Source: Azolla caroliniana | Taxonomy: Eukaryota; Plantae; Polypodiophyta | Direction: 5' to 3' | DNA: 64,000 nt | Assembly (NCBI GenBank): GCA_043228905.1 | Contig: JBHGNT010000003.1 | Coordinates: 22,072,001 to 22,136,000, forward strand | Shown here: piece by piece, positions 30,887 through 42,564 of the stretch | Layout of the letters: every line of letters begins with the position of its first letter | Position numbering within the stretch: the stretch's first letter is position 1 | The notes under the pieces: generated by a model | What the model was told of the DNA's origin: nothing | Databases searched by the model: none | Seen by the model: the letters and a program-made list of their open reading frames with translations, nothing else | Translations under genes and position numbers: made by a program

Positions 30887-33592
30887 ATGGCCCTTCCCTT
30901 TGTTTCAGCTCTGATTCCTGAAACTTCTTCGTCATCACCATCATCAGAACAGAGTAACTTACACGAACAGAAACGGGGACATAAACAAAGCTCCAGGTAC
31001 TTTAAAACTCATCTCAAGCCTAATTATAGAGGGAAACATGTATATAATAATGGTAAAGATTGTCAAAAGGATATGGTTCATCCGTCTCCATTATCGAAAA
31101 CTTATCCTTATAATGACAACAATATACTCCTCATAAGAAAGCTATGTGAAGAAGGTCAACTTGATAAGGCCATAGATTTGCTTTCTAGAATGAGTGTTGC
31201 TCCTTCAAGCTTTATATACAAATCTCTACTTCAGTTATGTACAAAGAAGAAGGCTATACATCATGCAAAGTTGATATTTGCGCATATTTCTTCATACAAC
31301 CCGTCTGATCTTGATGGCATAGTGGGTCCTAATTTAGTTGTTACATTAGCTAAATGTGGTGATATTGAAGAGGCTTTGAAGATATCAAATGGGTTGCATA
31401 GGCGTTCAGTTTCTTCTTGGACTGCCTTGATCTCTTCCTACGTTGAGCGTGGAGATGGCAAGAAAGCATTAGAATTGTATGAGGATATGATCGAGGATGG
31501 TATAGAGCCCAATGGTCATACTTACGTAAGTCTTTTCAAAGCCTGTGATATGTTAGAAGATGTTAATTTAGGAAGAAAAATGCATCACGATGCTCGAATG
31601 AAGGGATTTGCATCAAACTCCTTTGTGGGTGCTTCTCTTATAAGAATGTATGGTAAAGTTGGAGCCATCGTAGAAGCAGAAGAGGCATTTATTGAAATTT
31701 CAGATCATGATGTTGTGGATTGGACTACCATGCTTTCGGCCTACATCCAAAAAGGGGAAGCTAAAAAAGCATTATGTTTGTATAGACAAATGAAAGAAGA
31801 AAGGATCGCCTTAGATACGACATTATACGTAATTGCCCTTCAAGCATGTACACTTTTGGCCGAAAAGGAAGAATCAAGATTCATTGATGGAGAATTGGTC
31901 AAACCTATGGCTTTAGAAATTGGGAGAAGTCTGCATAAAGATATTTGTAAGAAAGGATACACGTCACATAAATTTGTGGGGACGACTCTTTTGAGTATGT
32001 ACGGAAAATGCAAAGCTCTTGACGAAGCAGAAGCTTTATTTAATTCAATAAATCGACCTGATATTGTACTATGGAGAGCAATGCTCTCGGCGTTCGTCGA
32101 AGGTGGACAAGGGAAGAAAGCACTGCAACTGTACAAGCATATGCAAGAGAAAGGAATGGTTAGAGATAGATCAACGTATTGCATTGCTTTTCAGGCATGT
32201 GGCATGCTTGCAGAGACAGACGAAGTGTACATGGATACAGAGGGAAAATCATCCAAATCTATAGCATTAGAAATTGGAAACGCATTGATAGCTGATGTGC
32301 AAACAAGCCCTTTTGCGTCAGATCTTCTCGTGAATACATCTATGCTGAATATGCTCTCTAAGTGTGGAACAATTGTGGATGCAGAGAAGGTCTTCTGTAA
32401 ACTCTCCCAATGCGATACTGTAGCTTGGACAACAATGCTATCTGCATACGTGGAACATGACGAAGCTGAGAAAGCCATGCAGCTTTACAGTTTGATGCAA
32501 AGAAAACATGGAAGCTCAGATGAACTCACTTTTGCAATTGCACTTCAAGCTTGTGCCATCTTTGCTGAACTTGAAGAGAGTAATATGGATGGTAGAAAAT
32601 TAATCAAAAGGAAGGCATTAGAGATTGGTGTAGCAATACTCGAAGATGCTAGAAAGCAAGGATTCACAACAGATTCAGGTTCAGCTCTGTGCAATGCATT
32701 GCTAGAAATGTATGCTAAATGTGGTGCCATTATGGAGGCAGAGGATATATTTTCTCGAATAAAGCATCGAACTTTAGCTGCATGGAATACAATGCTCTCG
32801 GCGTATGTTGAATACAATCAAATAGAGAAAGGATTGATTTTGTATAGAGAGATGCAGCTCAGTAAAGCAATCATGAATGATGTTACATGTATTTGCATTC
32901 TCCAAATAGGCAATAAGATTGGAAGCCTAGAGTTGGTTAAAGAAGTTCATTTCAACATTGTTTCGGCTAACTATGAAAGTTTATCTGCTGTTGTTGCCAC
33001 TTTGATCCATGCATATGGGAGTTGTGGAAGTATGGAAGATGCATATATGCTATTTAATGATATACCTGAGGATGAACGTGATGTGGTAACATGGAATGCC
33101 TTTATTGCATTACTCGCCGGGGAAGGAAACACTGAAAAGACCCTTGAAATGTTTGAAAAAATGAAAGATGCCAATGTCAAACCTAATGAATCCACATTCA
33201 ACTCTATTCTTTTAACTTGTTGCCGAACAGGATTTGTAGTTGAAGGCGTAAAATACTTTCACGCAATGATCAAAGATCATGGCATAAGTCCAAATATCCG
33301 GCATTATGGTATTCTATTAGATCTACTTGGTCGCGCTGGAGACTTCAATGGTGTCAAACAAACTTTGGAAAGCATGCCGATGGAGGCACCTATAACGATA
33401 TGGCTGAGCTTGTTGGCTGCATGCAAAATGCATGGAAACGTAGAGGTGGCAAAAGAGGCATTTGCTCAAGCAGTGAGGCTCCAGCCTGAGGACGATTCAG
33501 CATATGTTTTAATGTCAAATATTTACTCAGAAGCTGGGATGGAGCAATTAGCAGCCAAAGTGAAATATTCCCTAGATAGAAGAGTTGAGTAG
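30887..33592 (+). CDS. PLS-class PPR protein with E domains and three long-insert L motifs, likely organelle-targeted
   Basis: Intronless ORF; probable start MALPFVSALIPETSSSS at ATG 30887 (frame open from 30713). PLS triplets, HYGILLDLLGRAG, E1/E2 (WLSLLAACKMHGN...AYVLMSNIY), no DYW. Confidence 0.92.
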   Translation: MALPFVSALIPETSSSSPSSEQSNLHEQKRGHKQSSRYFKTHLKPNYRGKHVYNNGKDCQKDMVHPSPLSKTYPYNDNNILLIRKLCEEGQLDKAIDLLSRMSVAPSSFIYKSLLQLCTKKKAIHHAKLIFAHISSYNPSDLDGIVGPNLVVTLAKCGDIEEALKISNGLHRRSVSSWTALISSYVERGDGKKALELYEDMIEDGIEPNGHTYVSLFKACDMLEDVNLGRKMHHDARMKGFASNSFVGASLIRMYGKVGAIVEAEEAFIEISDHDVVDWTTMLSAYIQKGEAKKALCLYRQMKEERIALDTTLYVIALQACTLLAEKEESRFIDGELVKPMALEIGRSLHKDICKKGYTSHKFVGTTLLSMYGKCKALDEAEALFNSINRPDIVLWRAMLSAFVEGGQGKKALQLYKHMQEKGMVRDRSTYCIAFQACGMLAETDEVYMDTEGKSSKSIALEIGNALIADVQTSPFASDLLVNTSMLNMLSKCGTIVDAEKVFCKLSQCDTVAWTTMLSAYVEHDEAEKAMQLYSLMQRKHGSSDELTFAIALQACAIFAELEESNMDGRKLIKRKALEIGVAILEDARKQGFTTDSGSALCNALLEMYAKCGAIMEAEDIFSRIKHRTLAAWNTMLSAYVEYNQIEKGLILYREMQLSKAIMNDVTCICILQIGNKIGSLELVKEVHFNIVSANYESLSAVVATLIHAYGSCGSMEDAYMLFNDIPEDERDVVTWNAFIALLAGEGNTEKTLEMFEKMKDANVKPNESTFNSILLTCCRTGFVVEGVKYFHAMIKDHGISPNIRHYGILLDLLGRAGDFNGVKQTLESMPMEAPITIWLSLLAACKMHGNVEVAKEAFAQAVRLQPEDDSAYVLMSNIYSEAGMEQLAAKVKYSLDRRVE

Positions 33593-34815
33593 AAAACTGA
33601 GTTATTGGGGCCAGATGTGAGTTTTAAGTATCCTGATTCAATCCCAGATGAGACATGGAAAACTTGTGTAATGGGTATTCACTATATTGATGGCGATTGT
33701 ACCAATGATGGTTATGGCATGTGGTGGTGCTGGTGATGATGAGAATGATGGTGAAAATGATGATATATCAGCGTCCTCAGGAGGTCAGTAAACATTATAC
33801 AATGGTGTCATCTAAGAAATCAGAGTGACTAATGCTACAGATGTATCTTTCATTAGTCCTTTTCTCTATTCCTGGAGGTGGGGTTTAATTTGACTGACTT
33901 TTGTGTTATGGCCTCTGATAGATTGGAGTATTGAAAAGTTGATGCCTTGAGGCATGCTCCTTTGGATTGTGGACTGGTAAATTCACACCTTAGTGTGAAA
34001 CATTCTTCTTCTTCAATCTGGCAAAGGTGCTAAGGCCTTGCCATGTCTAGACCTCTCTATTGTCCACTGTTAATGCCAAGGGATGGTAATGCTGGCGATT
34101 GTTTGATGGTGGTGGTATTGATGATGGTTATGTATTAATGTCCTTCTGGGCACAACATTAAAGCCACTGGGGTGCCTGGGAAAGGTTAAGTGTTATGAAA
34201 ATCTAATATCAAGAATGCTTCAATCTTGGAATCCAGCTCTCACAATTTTCTTGTACGTATTGTGTGTTGGTTCTCTTTTTTTTCAGTGAAGACAGGGCCA
34301 TGTACCTTTGGAATAGGGCATGTAAAAAATAAAATGCTTGAAACATGCATAGTATGCTTTTATGTGAACATCTCTCTATAGGTGCAGGTTGGAATAGTGA
34401 AAAAACAATGTCCACATGAAATGGCCTCTGGATTGAGTAATTTTCTGTTCGTCTCATGCTGATACAAACCTAATGAAACATATTTGCCGTAGAAAAGATC
34501 TGAGTCCATCATCAATAATTCTCTAATGAAATTGGTGTGGTGCCACAATAAATTGCCTGTTGCAAGTAGTACTATGTATTGTGAGATGCTTGGATTTGAA
34601 CTTGTGTCCAAAGGCACTTAATTTTATTGTGTAAACCCAAGTTTCCAATTACCTATCAGAATATTAACTTATCAAATATTTTTGGCGTATGATTGACTCT
34701 TCACTGGATCAGTTGAAGATGGATATGACTCCTTCATGCAAGTTTCTTGTTGATATTTGCAGGATTGCGTTTTTTGTTGAAATATCCAATATTTTGTTAA
34801 GCAATATGATTCAAA

Positions 34816-35368
34816 TTATGTCAGTGGTAGTTCACATATAATTGTATAGATTAGTAATGTTTCAATAATGGTATATCCTCTGCCATAATTCTGAATTTGT
34901 GGTTTAGGAAACATGGAACAGAATTCAAATTGATGATTCTTTATTGTATCATACATAACATAATAGAGTACCTGATATGGAAAAATAAAGAGGCATATTC
35001 GTTTTTGTCCCTTCAAATTGTGTCAATGGTAGTTGAAACATAATTGTATAGATTAGTAATGTTTCAATATTGGTATATCCTCTGCCTTAATTCTGGGTTT
35101 GTTGTTCAGAAAACATAGAAAAGAATGGAAATTTATGATTCTTTATTGTATCGTACATAATATAATAGAGTACCCTTTAATTGATGATTCACAATGAATG
35201 GCGATTCAACTGAGAAATCTCAAGAGAGAACTGGTCTAAACTCTTGACTTGCATTGACTCTGGTACATCAATTCCATTCACCTTCAAGCTTCTGGGTAAA
35301 AAAACATGGAGCAGAATGGAATTGATGATTCTTTATTGTATCGTACATAATATAATACAGTACCCTTT
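34816..35368. repeat. tandem partial duplications of the GH31 gene 3' end
   Basis: 35195-35299 copies coding sequence 35413-35531 with a short deletion. The 3'-UTR block aaacat.ga..agaat...tgattctttattgtatc.tacataa.ataata.agtacc occurs three times (~34909, ~35111, ~35302). Confidence 0.88.
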
Positions 35369-35387
35369 ATGTCAAAATAAAGAGATA

Positions 35388-38300
35388 TCATGGAAATGTG
35401 GTCCACTGCACTATGAATGGCTTCCCAAGATGAAGATTCAACTGAGAAATCTCAAGAGAAAACTGGTCTAAACTCTTGACTTCAATTGACTCTGATGCAT
35501 CAATACCATTCACCTTCAAGCTTTTTGGTAAGGAGGAGGTACCCAACACTACGAGTGTTTGTAGAACACATCCATTCTCCAAGGCAAACTTCCCTTCTTG
35601 CACAAAAGAACTAACTTCAAAGTAATTATCTTTATCTTTACTTGCATAGAAATTGATAAGGGTTGCCTTTCCTTCATCCACATCCATCTCTATATTTTCT
35701 CCATCATCAAGGTATAAAGTTCCTTCTGCTTCTAGAGTTTGTTTCTCTGGATCCAAAGAGAAAGCAACAATGAGCTTGTAGGGTGTTTTCCTAGCAGCAG
35801 TTGTTGTTAATGCCGACTCTTGGAGAGGTAAAATTGATCCTTCGCTTACATGGACATTGATGGCATCAATAGGTGCTGATAGATTCTGATATGAACCATA
35901 TTCAGCATGTATGACAACTTGTGAATAGTTAAAGAGATTGTACCAAGTGCCTTGCGGAAAATATGCATTCACAAATATAGTGTCTGGGGTGAGGACGGGT
36001 GAAACCAATATAGACCTCCCCAACAAGAACTGGGAATCAATATTCAGGCTTGTTGGGTCATTATAGAAGTGAAAGAAAAGAGGCCTAGCCATGGGGGAGC
36101 CTATTTTGTGAGCTTGGTATACAAGAGTATAAAGATATGGCAAAAGTTGGTATCGAAGACCAAGTACTTTCCTAGCTGAATTTGCAACTGAATTCCACAA
36201 ATAGAGTTCTTGTCGACTGGAATACTTATCCGAATGATCTCTTGAGAAGGGATAGAATGCTCCCACTTGAATCCAACGGTTACAAAGTTCTTCTGTTGTG
36301 TTCCCATTAAAGCCACAAATGTCAGCACCAACCATAGGAATCCCATATAAACCTGAATTCATCACACCTACAATAGAATAAGCAAGGTCATCCCAAGTTG
36401 CCCCATTATCTCCTGTCCAGTGGGCTGTATAAGCACCCGAACCAACAAAAGTTGATCGTGACAACACAAATGGCCTTTTCTTAAGTGTCTCTTTCAAGGC
36501 TTTATTAGTAGCTATGGCCTCACTGAAACCATACAAATTGTGTGCATCATATTCTAGTATGCCCCCAAAGTGGGTTGCACTTGTGGCTATGGTTTTGTTA
36601 CCAAGTGGCCTCTCCACATAAGAGCTGTTGATTTTATAAGGTGGATTGTCCCATTGTGTATAAGAATCGGTATCATTGCATATGAGACAACACGTCGTTT
36701 GCTCATCAAGGTTGGGGCAAGCAACATTTGTCGGCAATGTGCAACTAATGCCGGTACAAAAGTTTGAAACCTCGTTCATATCGATCCAAAGGCCATCAAA
36801 AGGTATAGTTTCATGGAACATGGAGATCTCAGTTGCCCAAAATGAGTTTATATTTGGATGAAGAAAGTCGGGAAAATTTACTGGCCCTGGCCAGACTTGG
36901 CCGAGATAGTTATTGCCATCGGACCCCTTTATAAAAATATCTTTCTCAATACCATGTTGATAAGTGCTATAATTGGTTTCATACTTAATGCCTGCAGTAG
37001 AAACATCACAAGGGTTAACAAAGAAAATAGGGCTGAATGTTTGACGAATGGAATATTTTTGGTAACTTTTTGCCTATTATTTACAATCAAGGTTTTTGAA
37101 AGGTTCAACAAAATTTACATAAATTTACATGTAATAATCACAAAAATAAGATGAGGGTTAAATATTTGAAGATTATCCTAATATTTCTATACTTTTAGGG
37201 TTTCATAACATAAAATTCCCTGATCATTAAAGCTAGTTTTCAGAGTTTTGGGAATATTTTGACCATTATTTACGATCACATTCATGAAGACTACAAAATG
37301 TTTATGCAAATACTAGGAATTTACGTGTGATATTTGCATAACAAAAGCTCAAAATCTGTTATAAAGTTAAAAGACATGCCCAAAATTTAGATCTTGTAGG
37401 GTTTGATGAGATAAAATAGAAATTCAGACTTCTTCCAACTATTCAGATTTGGTTAGTCTTTGGGATAAAATAGATATTCTCCCTAATCCTTTGTTCATAT
37501 TTAGCGGGTACCTTTACTCTCTTTTTTTATGAAAAAGACTCTGGAATAGGTGCCATACATGTAGTTAGAGGAATAGAGTATATATAAATTTGTTACCTGG
37601 ATCTACAATGATCACATATCGTTGATTATTTGCGTGAAGCTTATCGACAAAGGACTTTAGTTGGTCAGCAGGGAAGTTTATAGGGTCCAGGGTGAAATCT
37701 TTGTAAGCATCCATATAATCTATATCGGTCCACATTACCTCAAGTGGAATGTTCTTGTCTTTGTATGTTGCCACCACTGTCTCAAGATCACTGACATTGT
37801 GATAACCATATCGGCATTGATGAAAACCTAACAATGTAAATGGATATTTCATAAGTAATCCTCGAAAGCTGTAGAGAATTGAGAACACTTGAAATAAACT
37901 TTACCAAAATGTTAATATAGTTTTCAACTCTTTTGTTTTATGCCTGACAAATTCAACTGAACTTAAACAACTGGAGCAAGGGATGCAACTCCATGTACGT
38001 GGTTTCAACATAAATACAAAGTGAAACAAAGCTGCACATGCATGGCCTAAAGATTAAATAAGAGAGACACAAAGAGAGTAGCTTCACATGCATGGCCTAA
38101 AGATTAAATAAGAGAGACACAAAGAGAGTGAAACCAATAAAAGATAGAAAATAATTACACGCTAGAGGCTGGAGATAAACATATAATTATAATTAAAAAA
38201 TTGAAATTACTAGCATGGATGTTCACTAACCAGCAATGAAAAGAAAAATTGAAAACAGAAATCACTGTTTTTTCCTAACAAACTAAAATAACTGCACCAC

Positions 38301-40149
38301 CTAATGAGACAGAGCTCTGGGCAGGCCTTGAAAAAAAAAAGATTTAGATTTAAACAGTCATAAAGATGAATATCGGAACCAAATGACCACAATGGCATGG
38401 GTTTATTGAAAAACGCTTTAAGGGTGAGCACAGTGTTTTTAGTAGATATAATAAATTTTGTTTGAGGTAACGCAGTCTAACAGATTGCTGCTACTTATAC
38501 ATTGACATTTCACAGTTTTTTCCACAATACAAGGAGTGAAAGTGATCACATCGGTGCTTATAGTAAAGGCAATGCCAACACATACATTCAAAAACCATGA
38601 AATAGGCAGATGTACCTAACAAGAGATCAGTATAGGTTTACTACATTGACAATTTGTTTTCCACAATGTGAGGAGTGAAAACGGTCACATCCCCCCTTGC
38701 AATAAAGGAAATGCTAAAAACTAGATCCCTAGGTTTTATTGATAAAAAAAACAATAGCATTTTCCTTGAAAATGCAAATGATAACAAAGAGATTCAGAAG
38801 CCTTGAAGAAGACAATGGACCTACCGAGAGACCAGTATGGCATGGGTGCTGGCCGGCCAACAAGTCGAGTATACTGCTCCATAACCGCAAGTGGAGATGG
38901 TCCTGAGAAGAAATAGAAGTCGAAGACACCTCCGATCACTTTATATGTCAACTTATTCCCATCGTAAAGCACATCCATGCCATTGCTATTCAGGAGTAAA
39001 ACCCCATGACAATCCCCATTCTTCCTCACATCCATATAGAAAGGGAGAGATCCATACAAGTTTACATCAGGATTCATACTAGCCACATCTTCTGCCCACA
39101 ATGTATACTTGCTTCTTGGTGCAAGCTTGAACCCTGCAGGGCGAGTACTTTCACCGATACCATAAAGGGATGCTGATTCGGGAAGCGATGTTGATATCTC
39201 CAAATATTGGTCTTTGAACACCATGCTGTTAACATAGGGTGTCAATGATGAGGAAAAAGATGGCGTAGAGTTGAAAAGAGTCTCATTTGACGACGTTCTC
39301 ATGATTGCAAAACCAAAAGGATTCTCAGTGTAGGATAACTGGAGATCATTCAAGGTTTCTCTTTTTGTGGGCAATTTGGGAATATGACGGCGTGGGAGGA
39401 GTGTATGTGGAATCTCCCATCTAGGTTCATTCTTGTCTGTGATATGGACATGGATTTGATCTGCAGATTCATAGCTGGAACAAAGAATGTTCTTTTATTA
39501 TTCTAATCATTACCTTCATCTTTTATAATACGAAATGGAGGGTAAAATCAATATTATCGATATATTCCCATAAGATAAAAAAGAAGCAACGAATTGCAAA
39601 AATGTCTACGAAAATTGATAAGAGGAACCATTCTAAATAATGCATACAAATTGAGGAGCCAGTAACGGTTTCTACTTAACTTAGTCAACGTTTACTGATG
39701 TGAGAAGCCTTGAACAATTTCTAGATTTAAGGAGCCATTGGTGACATCTAGGTTGATTACGGAAATATTAACGATTAATCTTATAAAGAAACGAGAAAGG
39801 AATAATTAAATACTTAATTGAGAAGAGTGACCCTTTTCATTTGATCATTCAAATCTGATCTGTGTTATGGGGTGTAGTATCGAATTATAAGAGAATTGAG
39901 CTCAAAGTCATGTAATGACCTTATTCTGAGCTGAAGCGATGATATATCAGGTCCATAGTTGGAAGAAGAAGGATCGATCGCTTGCAGAACCCCCTCCAGT
40001 GAATTTGCGTGCTGAGCAACTGACACAAGTCTGTATCCTTCATTAGAAGGAGATGCAGAAATGGTTCCACACCCACAGAAAATAAGGAGAAAGATGGACA
40101 TGGAGACGAAGAAAATGGAAGAAGAACAGAGTAGTGAAGAAGGAGCCAT
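35388..40149 (-). CDS. glycoside hydrolase family 31 alpha-glucosidase/alpha-xylosidase, secreted; exons 40149-39920, 39474-38825, 37827-37597, 36991-35388 (~904 aa)
   Basis: Signal peptide; [40 protein letters not shown], catalytic [33 protein letters not shown] introns in consistent phases. Confidence 0.95.
38035..38128. repeat. 50-bp exact tandem duplication in GH31 intron 2
   Basis: cacatgcatggcctaaagattaaataagagagacacaaagagag occurs twice. A looser duplication lies at ~38498-38690. Confidence 0.9.
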
Positions 40150-42564
40150 GGAAACAAACTCTTTCTCCACACCTGTGTGAAGAAAGCATGTACATATAAA
40201 AATGTATATACATATTTCTATAGAAAAAACATATGTGTTGGTTTCTTTTGTCTGAGAAAATGACTCAACAAAGATTATATCAGAAAATGATTTCACAAGA
40301 AAATATCAGGAAATGATTCAACATACAAATAAATAATTGGGGCCATGCCCACAATTGATTGGTAAGATTGCCATGCTGGCCAAGGATACTATGTACTCAT
40401 TGATCGTGCCATGGCCGGCTTGGACCAACCCACTAACCGTATTCATTCTTTTTAACGAGGAATGTTGGTACCATCCCCGAGGATCCCGGTCGGAGAACAC
40501 CTCTCTAAACCCAATAAATAACATTTGATGCTACCTTTGTTCTCATTTATCAAATGAGGGATCGCCACTCTTGGACACATACCGTCACGGCTTTACGCCC
40601 TCGCAACTATTGCGGGATACTAACCAGTGGGATGGAATACTACTGATCATTGTTCAAGCTGAAGCTGGCCCTAGTTCCGTGGAGAACCCGCGTTGTCTCC
40701 ATAACTTGGACCACAAATCAAATGTCTACCTTTAGGTTTATATATGCTTGCACTATGGTTTGCACCATGATTTGTGGTCACATTTGTGGATCCTCTCTAA
40801 GGGTAATAAAAAGCAATATCCTTCGAGTGGTACGCCTGGCTTGCTTGTTTGGTTCTATATTATCTCATTTTTTCTTGCTTTTGTAAGCCTTATCAAGAAA
40901 AATTTGTTTTGTTTTTATTTATGTGCTACTTTTATGCGTAAGCCTTATCAAGAAGATATATGTATGATGTGATCCTTATGAAGTACGAATCTAGCGACTT
41001 TTCAATATATGTTTCTTCTTTGTATGTTAACCAATCCATTTGTAGCTGATAGGTGTTAAAACAAGATATAAAAATGTCATTGACTTCTTATAGGGTCTAC
41101 ATAAAAAAGAAGAAGTAGAAACTTATATATAGGAATTGTAAGAAAAGTGTAGCATAATTTGGAAGTATGAAAAAGTTTAGGACAAATTTTTACACTTGAA
41201 AAACCTTTAGTAATAATGATCAGAAGTTGTATTCTATGTAAACTCTTATATCATGCAATCATTGTTTGTCTCTTATTGGATAACATGGTAGACTTAATGG
41301 GTGCTTTACTTCCAAAGAGTAAGATAAGAATTTGTAGGATATGCAAATTAGTGAACAATGTGAGAGACAAATACACTTTGCAAAGTTTTAGGTCTTAGTG
41401 AAGGTTGGGCTTAGTCATGATTTTCCGTGCTAACGTCTAATTTAGAAAATAATGCATGCATTCATAGTATCTTTTGACATGTTTTGGATCATGTCTTCCC
41501 AACCTTATTTTATTGTGAATGTGTTACTCTCTCAAGAATCATGTGATGAACCACACTGGTTTTATATTAATTGTGTGACTTTCGTCAAGCTTAAGCTTCA
41601 ATTAGTAATGGTCATTAGGGAGGCTCAATCCTGTCATGAGAATGTATGCATAACTACATTGTTAAAGAGTAATTAAAGCAATCTAATATCCAAATTAACC
41701 CCCCTAATATTGCAAGTTCATATGCATATTCAGATCCTAATAATAACCATTACTGTAGTTAGGTTTACCTTTTAACATTTTAGGTGGTTGTGTAAAAACC
41801 ATTTTGTTAGAAGAGACACCAATGAACGCTACAATCTAGATGATTTGGTACATTATGAAGCTTTCGTATTAGCACAGATAGTCTTTGGCAATGCATGCTA
41901 TAGTTTTGATTCCTTGTATTAAGGAAAGGGAATTTGTAAAGTCAAACTGAAGGATAAAACAATCTCAAATCTGACATATGGTATCAGCCCTTCAATAATG
42001 CAACATGCATTTCATACTTCAGTAAACTTAGAAAATAAGGTATCCATTAAAATTTGTATTGCTCCCATTGAAAAATCATCATGCACATCACAATTCATGG
42101 TGAGAACAAAAAATCTATGAGAGGCCTTTGTAAAGAAAAGATGTTGGACATATCATACATATGCTTGATAATTTGTGTCAGAATGGTTCATCACATTTTC
42201 TGTTACACATAATACTTCAGGGTTGGCAGCCATTTATAAGCTAGGTTCAACCCCAGAGTATACAAACTTTTGACTCACTATAATGTACCCAGGAATACAA
42301 AATTATGACTTTCGAAGTGTCAGAGAGGACATAATTCCCATATGAGATAATCTGAATGAGCACTATTTCCAACATCCCAGATTCTGCCAATGAAGATTCA
42401 AAATTCATGTAAGTTTTAAAATGGCCGGAATGTGTATGGAATGGATACATTCCAAATGATCTAAATGTTTGTATGTATGTCAAGACATATTAAATCCAAA
42501 GTTTACCCAATGAATGCAACAACCCTTCACCAAGCACAAAATATGAAAAATTCCTCTTTGGACA

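Noticed and set aside
40330-40720. Telomerase RNA (CTAAACCC at 40505), U3 snoRNA or rRNA fragment (GGGCGTAAAGC)
   Set aside because: Only short chance-level matches; no convincing USE element or remaining conserved boxes.
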